From Nymphaea colorata (lineage: Eukaryota), in the NCBI RefSeq assembly GCF_008831285.2, contig NC_045138.2, positions 20,894,001-20,958,000 on the forward strand: 64,000 bases of DNA. The letters run 5' to 3'. The position numbers and the translations under genes were made by a program. Below, one piece after another: positions 25,750-40,552 of this stretch (the stretch's first letter is position 1; the number at the start of each line of letters is the position of its first letter). The notes beneath the pieces are model-generated. The model was given only the letters and a program-made list of their open reading frames with translations, did no database searches and was not told the origin of the DNA.

Positions 25750-26829
25750 TTCATAAGGTTGCTCCAATTCCCCATGTGAGTTCTTTTTCATAGTTGATTT
25801 GCGTTATGTCCAAATCACGAGCTGCCCCCATGCAATCTGTTTTGTTGCATTGCACATGTATTAAATTGTGAGAGGATGGAAGAATTCTCAATCTGAAACC
25901 CATCTATTATTCAAAGGTCAATTTTAGAAAAATCAACTATGATGCAAGTGCACGCAAACAGTGGACAGGAGAACGTGGTGGCATCCGTTGAAGAACTTGT
26001 GCGCAGGAGTGGCGTTCCTTGTTGTTCTGTTCATGCGTGGAAGTGGTCAATCTCACGGACCTGCAATGAACCATAGCCAATGTTATTTTGGAACCAAACA
26101 AATTAAAGATGGACCAATATGAAAGAGGCTTCAAACACAATCTTTTTGATGTTATAAGAGTCTTATATCTTTTACTATTAAAAAACATTATTAAAATAAA
26201 AAACGATTAATTTAATATATGTTCTTCACTAAATTATTCTTAAGACCATGCTTATAAGGTTAAATTGCAAAAAAAATATTGTAATAATTAATTTAATAGT
26301 TCAAGTCCTTTTAAGTGATTTGACATTTACCAGACCAAATTATTTATATATATGTGTGTCTGGAGTTGAAATTGCATAACGAAAAGTTACTGTGCGCAAC
26401 AATCTTTTGAATGAATAGTAAAAGGGCCCATCTCCAGCAGGCAGTTTTGTAAAATACATTAAAATCCTTTTTAAGACATTTATGGTAGGTCGCCATTATC
26501 AATGCGACTATAAAACATGTCAAATCTATTTAAGAAGGCGATCTTACCTGGGGCCGGTGAGACTGACCGGACAGTTAGGTGTTTGAATGGACAGGTGGAG
26601 GACTCATTTTCGTTCCAACTAATGCCAGTTGGGTATGAGAGATGGTGTCCCATTCTCACTCTCCCCATTGCCCATCCATAATAAATAGTAATAGTAGTGG
26701 TAGCTGCAGCCTCTAGAACCACTTGGAGAGTTACAGTACACCACCACATTCCGGCCTTCCTTCTCATCAAATCTCCAATCACTACAACCTACCTGCTTTT
26801 TCCGGCCACATTCTCTTGCCGGAAAGGGG

Positions 26830-29011
26830 ATGGAACGGCTTTGGAGTTGGGTCTGCAGAAAGGGGCCGTCAGGATTTGGGGCTTGTTCTACTGCGGAGGA
26901 AGTTACAGAGGGCATCGATGCTTCCAACATCACCGCCATTGTCACAGGTATCTGTTCTCTCTTTCTCATGCCTTTTTCGTGCTTTGTTTTTATTCGTTTG
27001 TTCTTTAGGAGGTACAAGTTTTGTTCGAGCTCCCACAAAGAGGGAAGAACCATATACATTAGTAATCGAGTACAAACAAGAAGTTAGTAATCAAGCAATG
27101 GTAAAAGGTTTTGTTTAGCTTCTGCTTCTTCAATTCATGAAATCGTGCAGGGGCTACCAGTGGGATCGGCATGGAGACTGCGAGAGTTCTTGCACTGAGG
27201 GGAGCGACTGTGATCATACCTGCAAGGAGCAAGGAGAGTGGGGAGAAAGCGAAGGAGAAGATTGTGGAGGAAGTGGCGGATGCCAAGATCGAAGTGATGG
27301 AGCTGGACCTCGGCTCCCTCGCTTCCGTCAGGTCATTCGCTGCCGCTTTCCTCTCCTCAAACAGACCCCTCAACCTTCTCATGTACGTGGATCGATTGAC
27401 ACCTCAAAAATCTTCTGTCCCTATGGTTGATCAACAACTCATTCTTTCTTTGGCTTAACTGTCACCTTTTTTATTTTGTTAAAACGCACTTCGTTTTTTT
27501 TTTTTTTCTCATGCTTGTTTGGAGCAAAGATGCATAGTCGCGCATCTTAAAAGAATTATGATGCTGCCTTTGACTGTCACTCTTGACTTGGTGAATAGTT
27601 GGAAGAGGTTCATGTTCATTTTCTCATGATGACTCTATGGAAGGTGAACAAGTGTATGCCTGTGCATATAACTAGCTTCAAATTGTCTTAGAAAAAAAAA
27701 ATCAAGTAATTAATGTCTAATTTTGCAAAGAACGTTAAATGTTAACTAGCTTCAGTTTGTCTTCCAAAAAAAAGGTTAATTAATGCTAATTTTGCAAAAG
27801 ATGTTAAATGTTGAGAAATGACCAAAATAGCCCTTCACATTAAAATAGATGTCTTTCTACTTGGCTATTAGGACGGTAAAATAGCTGGTCGGACTGACAA
27901 GTGTTCAATTAAATTCTGGTGGGTACAATTTTTTTGCTAGATGCATGGTGCTTTCCTCTTCATACAGGTTTCAAAGCTAGGTGAAAGTGGGTGGTGTTCG
28001 AGCTAGAACGAGCATATGCTCTTGGCACAATCAACTTTTTTATAATAGTACTTGAACTAAAGCATCGTTTATACTAAATAATATTCATGGACATGCATGT
28101 TTTTATAGTGAAGTAGTATTAGGAAACATTTTAGCGCGTTTATATATTTTTTGAAACATTTTACTGCAAGAAGTGCTGGCCTATTTTCGTCCAACCTGAC
28201 CACTGAATTTATCTTTTTCTATCATATGTGTGTGTGTTTGTGCATATACGCTGTGTGTATGTGTGTGTGTATGCGCATGTGTGCATTGTTCATCGTTCTA
28301 ATGTTCTGGAACGACTCTAACTCATCTGACCGCAAAAATATCAACAATTTCTTATTGTTTCTTCGAACAGAAATAATGCAGGCATTTATGGAGTTCCCTT
28401 CCAACTTTCTAGAGATGGAATAGAGCTGCAATTTGCCACTAATCACATTGGTAAGCATGCACATACTCTGCTAACTTTTCACGAATTCTCTTCATCCCCA
28501 TTTATGACTGTCATCCTGCACATCTACTCTTTTTTTTTTCAAAAAAGTACCACAAACTAGCTTACTAAATTAACTCCTTTAGTACCAAAATTCCTCACAA
28601 GGTTAAGGTCCTTTATACATATAATGTTTAATTTTTATCATGAATTTTGAATTTTTAGCCATTTGGGTGAGCGAGAAATTAGAAGAAATCATCACGCTTC
28701 TCGAATCGAACTTTGAAGGCAACTTGTGTGTTGTACGTACAAATTGAAGCCCTTAATTTTGAAATTAAGTGGCTTCTTATTTTCAAGTGCAATAATACAA
28801 GAGACTAAGACAAGAAGGTCAATGTAGGGCATTTCTTGCTGACAAATCTTTTGCTGGAGAAGATGAAAGCCACTGCTCGGGAAAGCGGAATAGAAGGAAG
28901 AATCGTGATCGTGGCATCGAAAGTCCACAGCATAACTTACAAATCTGGCATTCGGTTTGAAAAGATCAATAATCGTTTGGGGTACATCTCTCTTTCCCTC
29001 TCTTATTCTTT

Positions 29012-29101
<90 letters not shown>

Positions 29102-29303
29102 TAAAGAGAGAGAGAAAGTAATTGAATGGTAATTTTAGCTTTTTAGAGTTACCTAATCATCTAATCTGCACCCAATCTAAAACGATGGACGGTTAAGAGA
29201 AAAATAAGAAAAAAAAATTTGATTGGCATTTTCTTCATCTATTTTCTCTCAACCACTTTGATTAGATGGCTGGGTGATTCTAGATAACACGGGTGATTTT
29301 TGA

Positions 29304-29347
<44 letters not shown>

Positions 29348-31256
29348 AAGGTTGGAGCCACATATATGGGCATGTGTGAGCAGTTTGCCCTCACAGTTCC
29401 ATGAAATATGAATATTTATGTATTGGCTGGGCGAAACATTTTTCTTATTTATATATTAGTGCCCTTCCATTGCTTCACTTTTGCCAGGTCTAAATTTTTT
29501 TGAATTATTACACCTCAGCCTGAAATCTATTACTCCGCCACTGGCCCCAAATCCTTATTGCCATTTGGGACTTTTTCTACTAGATTCAAATTTTCCTTTG
29601 TAATGTTTGCAACATTCCAAGTTCATAAACAATTATATTGTAAACTCATCGTCATCATCTGTTGCTTTTGATAGGTACGGACCATTTTACGCCTACGGGG
29701 AGTCCAAACTCGCCAACATTCTTCACGCCAAAGAACTTGCTCGACGCCTACAGGCAAGTAAACTCATCGTCATCATCTGGAAAGATGCCAAATGAACAGT
29801 TAATTACTAAAAAAATCAGTGTAAATATACTTAATAAGATTTATCTGTCAATTATAAAAGTTGAATTGATTCAGATTTAAGAAATGTATCCAAATATATT
29901 CAGATTTAAATTCAAGTAAATATATGTTCAGATTCATGTGATATCCAATATGTATTCATTTCAAAACTCGGTCATTGGCATATCATAACGCAGTTTAGAT
30001 TCAAATTGTATTTAGAAGCTGAATTAGGATTTGGATGTGAAATAAAAGTCAGACTTGGATTATCAATTTAAAAATAAGATAAGATAGACCTTTTTCATTT
30101 GTATTTCAATCCAAACATGTGAACGTATATTTGATCTGAATTCAATCCATTGGCATTCATAAAGCAATAACATCTCTCTCTCTCTCTCTCTCTCTTTTCA
30201 TAGGAGGAGGGAGCACAGGTAACGGTCAACTCTCTCCATCCTGGAGTGATACGAACAAACATAATGCGGACCACCAAATATTTAGGTCAGCACGCACTCT
30301 CTTTATCTTGGGCTCGCTTTTACCAATTTCACTCTCATCAAATTAATTGTTCTTCTGTTTCTCAAGCAGCTGTTGGTGCTTCTATGGTGAGTTTCTTCAT
30401 GAAGAATGCCCAGCAGGTATAAGCACTTTCTCTTCCTTCTTGGTTTCAGCTTCATATGAACTGCAATCAACATTCCTGAACTCAAGTTTAGCGAAGCAAG
30501 CCAAGACCAACTTCGAGATTTAGGTCAAACAGGACACCCTTCAACTAATGTATAGCACATCCATGCAAAGTAGCGCTCATGTGAATCCAACCGATGGCCG
30601 AAATTTCACCAGCCCATTAGTCTACCTGCTATGCAATACCTCTCGAGGCAAAAAAAAAAGTTCAAATTTAAAAAACTGAAATATATAAACTGATAGAAAA
30701 GTTAATGATATTGTGTAAGTTTTTTCACATCTTAGAAAAAAAAATTGATAAAAATCAGTGGAAACTTCCGAAAGTGTAAAGTCATTAAAATGCTCAAAGA
30801 GAGCTAAAATCGTTGAAGATTTACTGAAAATTATTTGTGAAAAATCCAAGAAAACAAATGATATTTTCTCGATATTTTCATTTTGGGATTACTTTTTCCA
30901 CTTGTTTTTTGCGTTTTTCTTGCAATACCTCACCGATATTTGTAATTGTAATCCATTCAGACCTCCCACTACTCTGCCACAAGTAGTAACGTCTCGATCT
31001 AATCTGCTTACATCCTGTAAGATCTAGCGATCAAGATTTTACCCAAACCCGAATTTCAAATGCGTGAAAAAATTTTCAGGGGGCTGCAACAACCTGTTAT
31101 CTGGCTCTCCACCCAAACACGAAAGGCGTTTCCGGCAAGTATTTCAGTGACTGCAACGAGGACAAGCCGACAGCTTTTGGCCGGGACGCCGATCTAGCGA
31201 AGAAGCTTTGGGAATTCAGTGAAAAAATGATAAGCACAAAGCTACCACAGCAATAG
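26830..31256 (+). CDS. Short-chain dehydrogenase/reductase, TIC32-like, copy 2 (8 exons)
   Basis: Exons 26830-26947, 27151-27382, 28371-28450, 28828-28981, 29675-29753, 30204-30285, 30367 (or 30370, NAGNAG)-30416, 31080-31256. Motifs [26 protein letters not shown]. Intron 5 is GC-AG. Confidence 0.94.
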
Positions 31257-32308
31257 TTTCCATCAATCTTGCAATCACATCAAACTTAGGGTTTACAAAG
31301 AATCAGAGTTCACTACAAGTTCTTTCATAGCTTGGGTCATTCTTTCACTTCCATATCAACAAAGAGGCCCACGTGTGCACTGAGTTGCTATGATGTTAAG
31401 TTACTGCTTTGAAGGAAAAAGAGAAAAAGAAACAAAAAGTTGCCAATAAACTTCTCTATATTGCTCTTGCTTTTGTTATTGTCCTGTCCTCTTCTTTTAA
31501 CTTTGTTTTTGATAAATTTGTAATGGTAAAGGACAAAATGAAATAGATAAAGAAAACTTTTAGAGTGCCTGTATTTATGACAGTTCTACATATTTATAAT
31601 GGGTGTTACACAGTTTTAGGTAAGTCCCTAAATAAGATAACAGAGATCATGTAGTGATCGGATCAAACTGTTGCTTAGATATGATAAAGATAAACAAAAC
31701 TGTTGCACCACCAGAATTTTTGTTATGAAAAGCTTATCTGTTAGATCTTTCCAACACTCCCCTCCAAGTTGGCAGTCTTGAATTGAACAGTGCCAACTTG
31801 CTTCTTAATGTTTGGAACACTTTTCGTCCTAGTGACTTAGTTAATACATCTGCAACTTGCTAAGGTGAGGGCATAAACTGAGTTTGGATCTCTCCACTTA
31901 GAATTTCGTCTCTAACAATATGGCAGTCAATTTTAATATGCATGGTCCGCTCGTGAAATACATGATTGGCTGCTACGCGTATTGCGGCTTGATTATTGCA
32001 AAATAAAGTAATTGGCTGTGTGTGAAATATCCCAAAATCATGCAGAAGAGCTTTATGCCATGTGAGTTCATATGTCGCAAGTGTGATGGATCGGTATTCT
32101 GCTTTAGCGAAAGACCTAGAAACTGTTGTTTGCTTCTTAGTTTTCCATGTAATGGGACAGTTGCCGATCATAGTGCAATATCCACTTGTCGATCTTCGAG
32201 TCATGGGACATTAACCAATTTGAATCATAATATGCCTTAAGTTGGATGGGACCTTCTAAAGACAATAATACCCTAGCCTGCAATTCCCTTTAAGTACTTT
32301 AGAAGCTC

Positions 32309-35300
32309 TGTACGGGATGTAGGGTTTGCTCATGACTTAATATATGTACCGTATGTATGATACAAAAAAAATGTGGATCCCCAAAATTTTTTGGTTTTTG
32401 AAGTGTTCCAAAAAAATGAGTTTTTATTTTGAAAATGAGACAACGGGACTCGCCCGTCGGTACGAGGATCGACCGTTCCCGGCACCATTACCAGATGTAG
32501 TCAACCGAAGAGCTATGTTTATTATTGATGCATTTCACTTTGGCTTGAACATCTTTTTCATTATATATGCGGTGTAGAAAAATATTGAAAGTTTGAATCA
32601 AACTTTTGAAAAGGTTCTTGAAGAATCATTTGAGAATGTGAAATATTTTAGAGAAAACTAGAATTGGAAAATTTTTGTAAAGATTTTTTGGAAAGCGTGA
32701 GAAATTATTTTGAAGTTACTTTAGTGTTATCTTAAGATTTTAAGTAAGTTTGAGATTTTGTTCTAATTTGGTTATTATCTATTTAGAATTTCATCTCATT
32801 TTGCTTAAATTTTTTTGGAAAGGTGCTTGTGATCATAAATGATATTAAGTGATTGTGGATGCATGAACGCATTGATCGTATATGATTGTAAGAAAATAAA
32901 AGATTCTTACCACAATATTCATATAAGACATTCATAACATACATCTAAGATTTTTATTTTGATAACTATTATATATAAGAATGAAAAGTTTTTGAAAATG
33001 GATTGGGTTGTAGACCATCAAGCATGAATCTATATTGGGTCATTACTTGATTTTTGGTTTTAATGAAGTCGGTAAATGAAAATGATCTTAAATCACGGGA
33101 AAAAAAACATTTGAAAGGATGGAGAAGATGAAATACTCCCATAAGAAGAAAGAGATCTCAAAGATCTTTAAATAGAAGATTTTGAAATAGAAAGAGATAC
33201 ATATTCTCTATATATATATGTATACATATTTGTATAAGCTTTTGAAAATGAAGTCTTAACTTAAATAGAGAGGGAATATATATATATATATATAAGAAAT
33301 TTATAGGAGAAGACATTTATCTTGAAGGGATAAACAAAATGTTGTAGAGAGAGAAAATAAAACATGCATATATATGCACTTATATGTATATGAAAATTTA
33401 TAAAATATAATATGGAAACATAGAGAGAGAAAGATAAAGGGAATCATCATGTGCACATGTATATACATATGTGTATTCATGATATTAGAAATAAAGAAAT
33501 GACTTAAAACAACCAACTTCAAGTTTGATGTAGGCCGAAGGAGAGCTTGGATTCATGTAAGAGCCTAACTTAAATCTTCAAAAAGCCACATTAAAAGGTT
33601 TTTTTTAAATATTTTGAAAAATATGATTTATATAAACATAGAATGTTATTATTTGGTTTGTCACAAGGAATATATTTTTTATTCCATTGGGTATAGAAGA
33701 AAAATAAGAAATGTAACGATGCGCTCGTTAGGATTCTTAATTGGGTGATTAGGAAGAAAACTAGTGCAAAATGACATGCAAATGTATATTAACATGTACA
33801 ATTTAGTAAGGGTTTTTCCTGAGTTGGACAAGTCTCAACCTCAAAAATTAATAAAAAGATAAAGATAAAGAACCTCAAACCACACTCTCATTCTCACCAT
33901 ACATTCACATATAAATGAAAAACTAAGCAACTATGCATAGATAATATTCAAGAAAAGAGAGAGAGAGAGAGAGAGAGCATGATAGAGAGAGAAAGGTTCA
34001 ATTAGGAGGGAGGGCATGATGTAACCATGAAATGATACATCATCTTATCTTTCCATGCTTCCGATGCACTTGAGCATAGCCTTTTGACTCTAAAGTAGAA
34101 ATTGAGGGCTATCTCTTTTAGCCATGAGAAAATGAGGAAGAGAAAAATGGAAGCAAAACAAGACTATTTTCAAGAAATGAAATAACATGACTCAAGCATG
34201 AAAATGAAAGATCATTTCATCTTTTCATGCTACCGGTGCACTCGAGCATAGCCTCTTGACTCTAAAATAGAGAATGATGGTTATCTCATACAACCATTGG
34301 GAGATGAAGAAAAAAGAAAAATGAAGAAGCAAAACAAGACTATTTTTTAAAAATAAAATAACATGATTCAAGTATGAAAATAAAAGATCATCTCATCTTC
34401 TTATGCTTCTGATGCACTCAGGCATAGCCTCTTAACTCTAAAATAGAAATTGAGGACTATCTCTTTTGGTCATAGGGAGAGGAAGAAGAGAAAAAAATAA
34501 AAGGAAGCAAAAGAACAACACGAATGTATTCATGAAAAGAAAAAGTATGATTTAATCATAAAATGAAATATCGTTTCATCTTTTCAAGCTCCCGGTACAC
34601 TCGAGCATAGCTTCTTGACTCTAAACTAAAGGTTGGAATACTATCTTGTACGGCCACGAGAAAATGAAAAAGAGAGAAAATGAAGAAACTAAAACAATGT
34701 TATATTCAATAAAAGAGAAAACATGATTCAATCGTGAAATGAAAGATCATCTCGTCTTCTCATGCTTCTGGTGCACTCTAGCATAGCGTCTTGTATCAAA
34801 AATAGAGATTGAAGGTTATCTCCTTTGGTCATAGGAGATGAAAATGAAAATAAAATTACGAAAGAAAGAAGTAAGATACTGATTGCATACCTCTAGTGAG
34901 AATATTTTAAGAAAGATGAACATCTTATTTTGAAATGGTCCTAGACTTCCTTGAGTTGAAGCTCCAAAATGGTGAAGTTGTGGTCTCCAAGAGAATTGTG
35001 ACTTGATGAAGTTTGCTTCAAGTTGGAGAATAAGAGAAAAATGAAAGGAGGAAGAGGAAGAGGATAAAGGAGATGAAGAAAGCTAAGTGAAAAACTCTAA
35101 GTCTTCAAGGAAAAATGCACTAGAGTTTTTCCAAAGGTTAGTTCATGCCCAAGAAGGGGGATTGTGGGGGCATTTATATAGAGTTTTGGAGTCAAAACTC
35201 AAAAATTGAATTTTTTTTTATTTCACAATATTTTCATATGAATTTCACATAATTTAAAATTATTTTCATTTTTTTAAAGAAAATAAGTCTTGAAGTGGAA

Positions 35301-35960
35301 TTGGCCATTAGCCCTGCAAACACCATTTTGGGGTGTGGGCAAGGCTAATGCCCAACCTAGAAAACCAAAACCGGGTCTGCATTGTTGCAGGCCCCTGCCT
35401 GGGTGCCGTTGCGCACCAGGCGCAATGGCGCCCTGGCCCCTCGACAAAATGCGTGTGGCAGTGGTCGATGCGCTGCCACGCGCAAGGCGATCGCATAATG
35501 CGATCACTAAGACGAACATGCACGATGCTCGATCTCGCATCGAGCAACGGGCGATGGAATTTTTTTTTTTTAACTTTTTATGATATGAAATAGCATAAAC
35601 AAATAAAAACCCCAATTTTTTTTGTTTAAATCATTTAAAAAGCATATAAAATTAGTTTTTTCGTTACGAAAGGGTGGTCGACTCCATTTTGAGCGACTCC
35701 AAACTCGTTCCAAATCTGATTTTGGTTTAGTTAGTTGTCGACATGTTCGAGTGTGCGACTTGGGTTTTAAGAAAAAACGTTTTGGCATGAGAAATGAGTT
35801 CTTAAAACAAAGGGAAGGTCCGTGCACGCGCGATGCTCAAATTTTGTCGTTTCGAACTTGATTCTAATTTTGGGTCTGAAATGCTTGATGTGGATCTGAA
35901 CTTGGGGTTTGGATTTAATTTGGATCTTCAAAAATTTTAGAAAAAATTGAGATGATTACA
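32309..35960 (-). mobile_element. Nested ~3.65-kb non-coding insert, probably a solo LTR of another (Gypsy-type) family
   Basis: Interrupts the Copia pol between RT and RNase H. TGTA...TACA ends, minus-strand TATA CTCTATATAAATG at ~35171-35183, no coding domains. No TSD seen, and some Copia sequence is missing at the junction. Confidence 0.65.
34020..34860. repeat. Five diverged tandem units of ~172-182 bp
   Basis: Core tcatctt-tcatgct-c-g-tgcactc-agcatagcc-cttgactctaaa recurs, with GCATAGC anchors at about 34074, 34246, 34422, 34604 and 34781. Confidence 0.85.
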
Positions 35961-38900
35961 ATGAGCTTATCAATGATTTTTCTATATTGACTGGCATCTT
36001 TGAGAACCTCTCCTTCTTCATTATCAAGCTTCAAGTGTTGTTCCATAGGAGTGTCATATGGTTTTGCTCCCTTACAGCCTGTTTCATTTAAAATAGTATG
36101 GAGATATTTCTTTTAAGATAAAAATATCTCTTTTTAGATCTTGCGACTTCAATGCCGAGCATGTATCTAAGTTTGCCCAAGCCTTTTAACTTCAATTTTT
36201 CATTCATCACATATTTGAGATTCTTGATTCCCACTAAGTCGTCGCCTGCAATAATTATATCATCTACATAGATCACTAGAATTATGTTTCTTTTAGTTGT
36301 GGTCTTGTAAAATAAGGAATAATTTGCCTTTGATTGGGGAAAACCCAAGCTTCTAAGAAATGTTGTCAATTTAGAGAACCAATTTTGGGACGGTTTTTTA
36401 AGTTCATAAATGGATTTGTTCAATTGACATACCATATCTTCCTCCCCTTGTCGAGTGAACTCGAGCGGCAACTGCATATATACTTTTTCTACCAAGCCGC
36501 CGTAAAGAAATGTGTTATTAACATCAACCTGAAATAGATGTCACTTTTTAATGGCTGCAAGGGCAAGCAAATAGCGGATGGTAGAAATGTTGGCAACAGG
36601 GGTGAAGATTTCATTATAATCAACACCTTCAGTCTGAGCGTCGCAACAAGGCGGGCCTTATATCTTTCAACTGATCCATCAGATTGGTATTTGATGTTGA
36701 ACACCTATGCCACCGATGGGGTTTTGTCGCGACTTTGGGTTCTACATAGCTTCAGGAAAAAATGGAGGCTCATGTTGCTCAAGTAGGGTACTCATGAAAC
36801 ATTGATAATGGAAGCTGAAATTGGAATCATCAATATATGATGCAATTGGATAACGTGTACCTTTCGGTGTTGTCGAACCATCACTCGTTAACAATTTGTT
36901 GGAAATGGGTATGGTAGGAAAACACTTGCAGTCTTTAAGGTGATTGGGCATATGTCTTGGGCGGGAAGACCTACGGAGTTGGATAGAATCATTGGTGGTA
37001 TTTGGGTTGACATTACTAGTATCTTGGGTTTGGTTGTCTAGTTCATCACTAGGTTGAATATTGTGGTGATCATGATTTGTTTGCAAATCAGAGATAGGAA
37101 GATCTTGGTGTTGGGTCGGATTTGAGAAGATCGCATTCTCGCCTAAGATTTGATCACTGAATGGTAAGGGAAGCACTACTATTTCATCTCCATTAGTGAT
37201 ATTCTCACTTTTGTAAGGAAAATAATTTTCACAAAAATGAACATCCCTGCAGGTGAACAACACATTGTTTTCAAGATAATAAACTTGATATGTCTTATCC
37301 ATATGAATATCCAAGAAAGATACATCTTCTTGCACGCATATCAAATTTATGCTTTTGATAAATATTATGAGCATAACATAGACATCCAAACATGCATAGG
37401 TGTTTGCAATGGGGGGCTTGTTGGAACAAGATTTCATAGAGTGTCTTATTGTGAAGTGCATCCAAGGGCAACCTATTTAGTAGATAAGCTGTTGTGGCAA
37501 TGCATTCTCCTCAAAATTTGATGGGCAAATTTGCTTGGGAAAACAGTAACAGAACCATATTTAAAAGATCTTTATGTTTGCATTCGACTACTCCATCTTT
37601 TTGTGGTGTAGCAACACAACTATGTTGATGATCAATTCTCTTTTCATGAAGAAAAATTTGCATATCTTGAGAAAAAAATTCAGTCTCACTATCAGTATTA
37701 ATAATTTTAATTCTTATTTGAAATTGATTTTCTATAAGTGTGACAAACTTTTTAATCATACAAAAAACTTTAGATTTGTGTCTCATAAGATAGCTTGGGT
37801 CATCCTTTCACTTCACAATATAATGGAAATTGAAATTAAATGTTAGGACATATAAAACATTTTTTAGAGTAATGGTGGAGGAAATTATCGCATATCCTAC
37901 ATGTGAGACAGCAGTTTTAGAGCTATTGGGTAGGCTGATTGGTGGATGATTCATGATTATGATTACGGGTTGTTCAAGGTTATATAAGACATTGGTGATG
38001 TGGTGTTGCACCGGTGTCAAGAATCCATGATTGGCTGGTTGTGGCACAAGAAATGAATGGTGGGAGCTTACATAAAATATTTATTTTGGGGTCATTGGTA
38101 CCTCGGCTTGAGTTTTTCATGAACTCAAGAAATTTTTGAAATAGCTGAGTTTAGGAGTGCTTGATAGCATGGACCTCGTGGCATTCACCTTAAGCCTTGT
38201 TGGTGCATTAGAAAAACCCGACTTGTTAGGAAAACCAACAAGAAAATAACACTCTGGCTTGATGTGACAGAGCTTCCCGCAATACTCACATTTTATTTAA
38301 AGTCTTCCCTTCTCCTTGATTTGATTATGTTTGTCTCCATCATCGGACTGAAGAGCAAGAATAGAAGTCTTTCATCATTTTGAATAATAATGATGTCTCT
38401 TTGTTTTTCTTCTTGGATGAGAACCGTGGCTAGGGTTGCAAGAGGATCCATTAATAAGAGTTGACTTTTAACAGCAGCATAACTATGGTTGAATCCCATT
38501 AGAAATTGCATAAGATGCTCCTGTAATAGCTTTCATGGACCCACAAGAACAGTTTAGAACATTGATATATAATAATGCTAGTTCGTCCCACAAGCCCTTC
38601 ATCTTGGTGTAGTAAACTGCAATGGATTATCGATGTTGTCTGCACTTTATGATTTGTTGTTGTATTTGGTATATGTGAGGTCCATTCATTTGGGTGAATC
38701 TAGCCTCAAGGTCCCTCCCAAACTTTTGTTGTCGACTTGGCATGGATCACACTAACAGTCAAGTCTTTATGGATCAAATTCAAGATCCATGACTGGATAA
38801 AATTGTTACATCGCTCCCACGTGAATTTGAGAGTTGCAAGGCTCTCAGGCTTCGAGATTGACCTATCCACAAAGCCAAACTTGTTTTTGAAACTTGTTTT

Positions 38901-40436
38901 TGACACTAAGTGTCGTAGCCTTGCACAACATAGTGTAATTTTCTCCAGTGAAAGGATGAAAGGATGAGATACAAGAGCAGTACCTGTGGATGTAATATCG
39001 ACTTGATGTATCGTTGGCATAGTAATTCCTTTTTTTATTCCATCGCTTCTCCCATTCTCTCCTTTGATTAAAGATGCTCTGATTAGGGGGATCTCGGCGA
39101 TTCAAAAAAACGCCGTCCTCAACCAAGACGAGATGGCGATGGAGGCGCCGGCGAGCCGCTCGGCCATTGATCAAGGCGAGTTCAATACAAGGAAGCGACT
39201 CAAAAGTAAAAAGCCACGGGACAGAAGATGTGATGAAGAGCGAGCACGAAGAAGAAGAGGAATTCATACCGTCTGTCGTCGACTCCAATTTCGTTGTCGA
39301 CTTTCTGAAGGCTAGCCAGGGCCACGATCATTATGTTTATCGCCATGCTAACTATTGTGTGTGGTCGGTTTGGCACTGACTCACGTAGCCCTAGCGAAGG
39401 AGGCAGGGATTATGGCTGTCAATTTCAGCATCAATTAGATGAAGGTCATCGGCAAGCGGAAGAAGGTAACAGGAGCTCTGATACCATGATAATTGTAATG
39501 GTAGAGGACAAAATGAAATAGAGAAAGAAATCTTTTCGCTTGCTTGTATTCCTAACACTTCTACATATTTATAATGGGCGTTACACAGTTTTGGGTAAGT
39601 TCCTAAATCAAACTGTTGCTTAGATATGATAAAAGAAAAAGAAAACCGTTGTGCTACCAGAATTTATGTTATGGAAAGCTTATCCGTTAGATCTTTCCAA
39701 CAGTTTTTCGTGTACTTAAAGGAAAAGTGAAAAAAAAAACAGTGAAAAGAATATAAAGATGTAATGCGATTCGTTCAATATGAACCTGAGTCCACAAGGA
39801 GAAGAAATCTTCTGAATCTTGTTCAACGACAAGGCAGATTACACCATAGTTGCGGTTTAAATATTTTACAATCCATTGCCAAAAACATCTGAAACCATTG
39901 TTAAAAACATCGAAAACTGTCCTTACACCATAAACCATTGCTAATGCTCCTATAGCATAGTGCATTTAGTGACACTTTTCAATCATTTTTATCCGGCAGC
40001 CTGCTGATTTCAATACCTCTTAGTGACGGCATTCATAGTAGTTTATAATGCTTATGTCAGAACTGTTTACTTCACTATAACATCTTCCAAAAAAATCTTT
40101 AAATGGTTGAAAAAGTCAAGTTCAACCTTAACATGACAAGTTAAAGACCCTATTTTTTTATTTTTTCACAAAACCCTACATTGTGGTTGAAATATTCAAA
40201 CCCATATAATGAAATCAATTGCATTATTTTGATTTATATATGTAACTCCTTGTACACGAAGGTCAGATTTTTAATTTCTTTTAAAAATTGATTCATACAT
40301 ATGTATTCGATGTTTTTGTTTATGCAAATAATTTTGAGTAAATTTTAGTTCATTGGTATCATTATATTTCAAATAAATTAAAATCTGCTAGACAAAAAGA
40401 AAAGGGTTAACAAAATTCATATGTGTCACTCGTAGA

Positions 40437-40439
<3 letters not shown>

Positions 40440-40478
<39 letters not shown>

Positions 40479-40500
40479 ACATATATATATGTATGTATAC

Positions 40501-40550
<50 letters not shown>
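40440..40550. repeat. (AT)n microsatellite, one of many
   Basis: Other tracts at about 11881-11914, 18081-18136, 29014-29100 (AT then AG), 44355-44409, 45706-45746 (CA) and 54400-54457. Confidence 0.95.

Positions 40551-40552
<2 letters not shown>

Larger units (their letters stand above)
31510..39702 (-). mobile_element. Degenerate Ty1/Copia LTR retrotransposon with both LTRs
   Basis: LTRs 31510-31756 and 39487-39702, 5-bp TSD GTTTT, PBS TGGTATCAGAGC (39475-39486), PPT next to 31757. Domains in Copia order: gag (KNKFGFVD...WERCN), zinc knuckle CEYCGKLCHIKPEC, protease WILDTGA, integrase, RT (YKARLVA, YVDD), RNase H (TRRSTSGYC...KQTTVSRS). Many stops and frameshifts. Confidence 0.96.
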
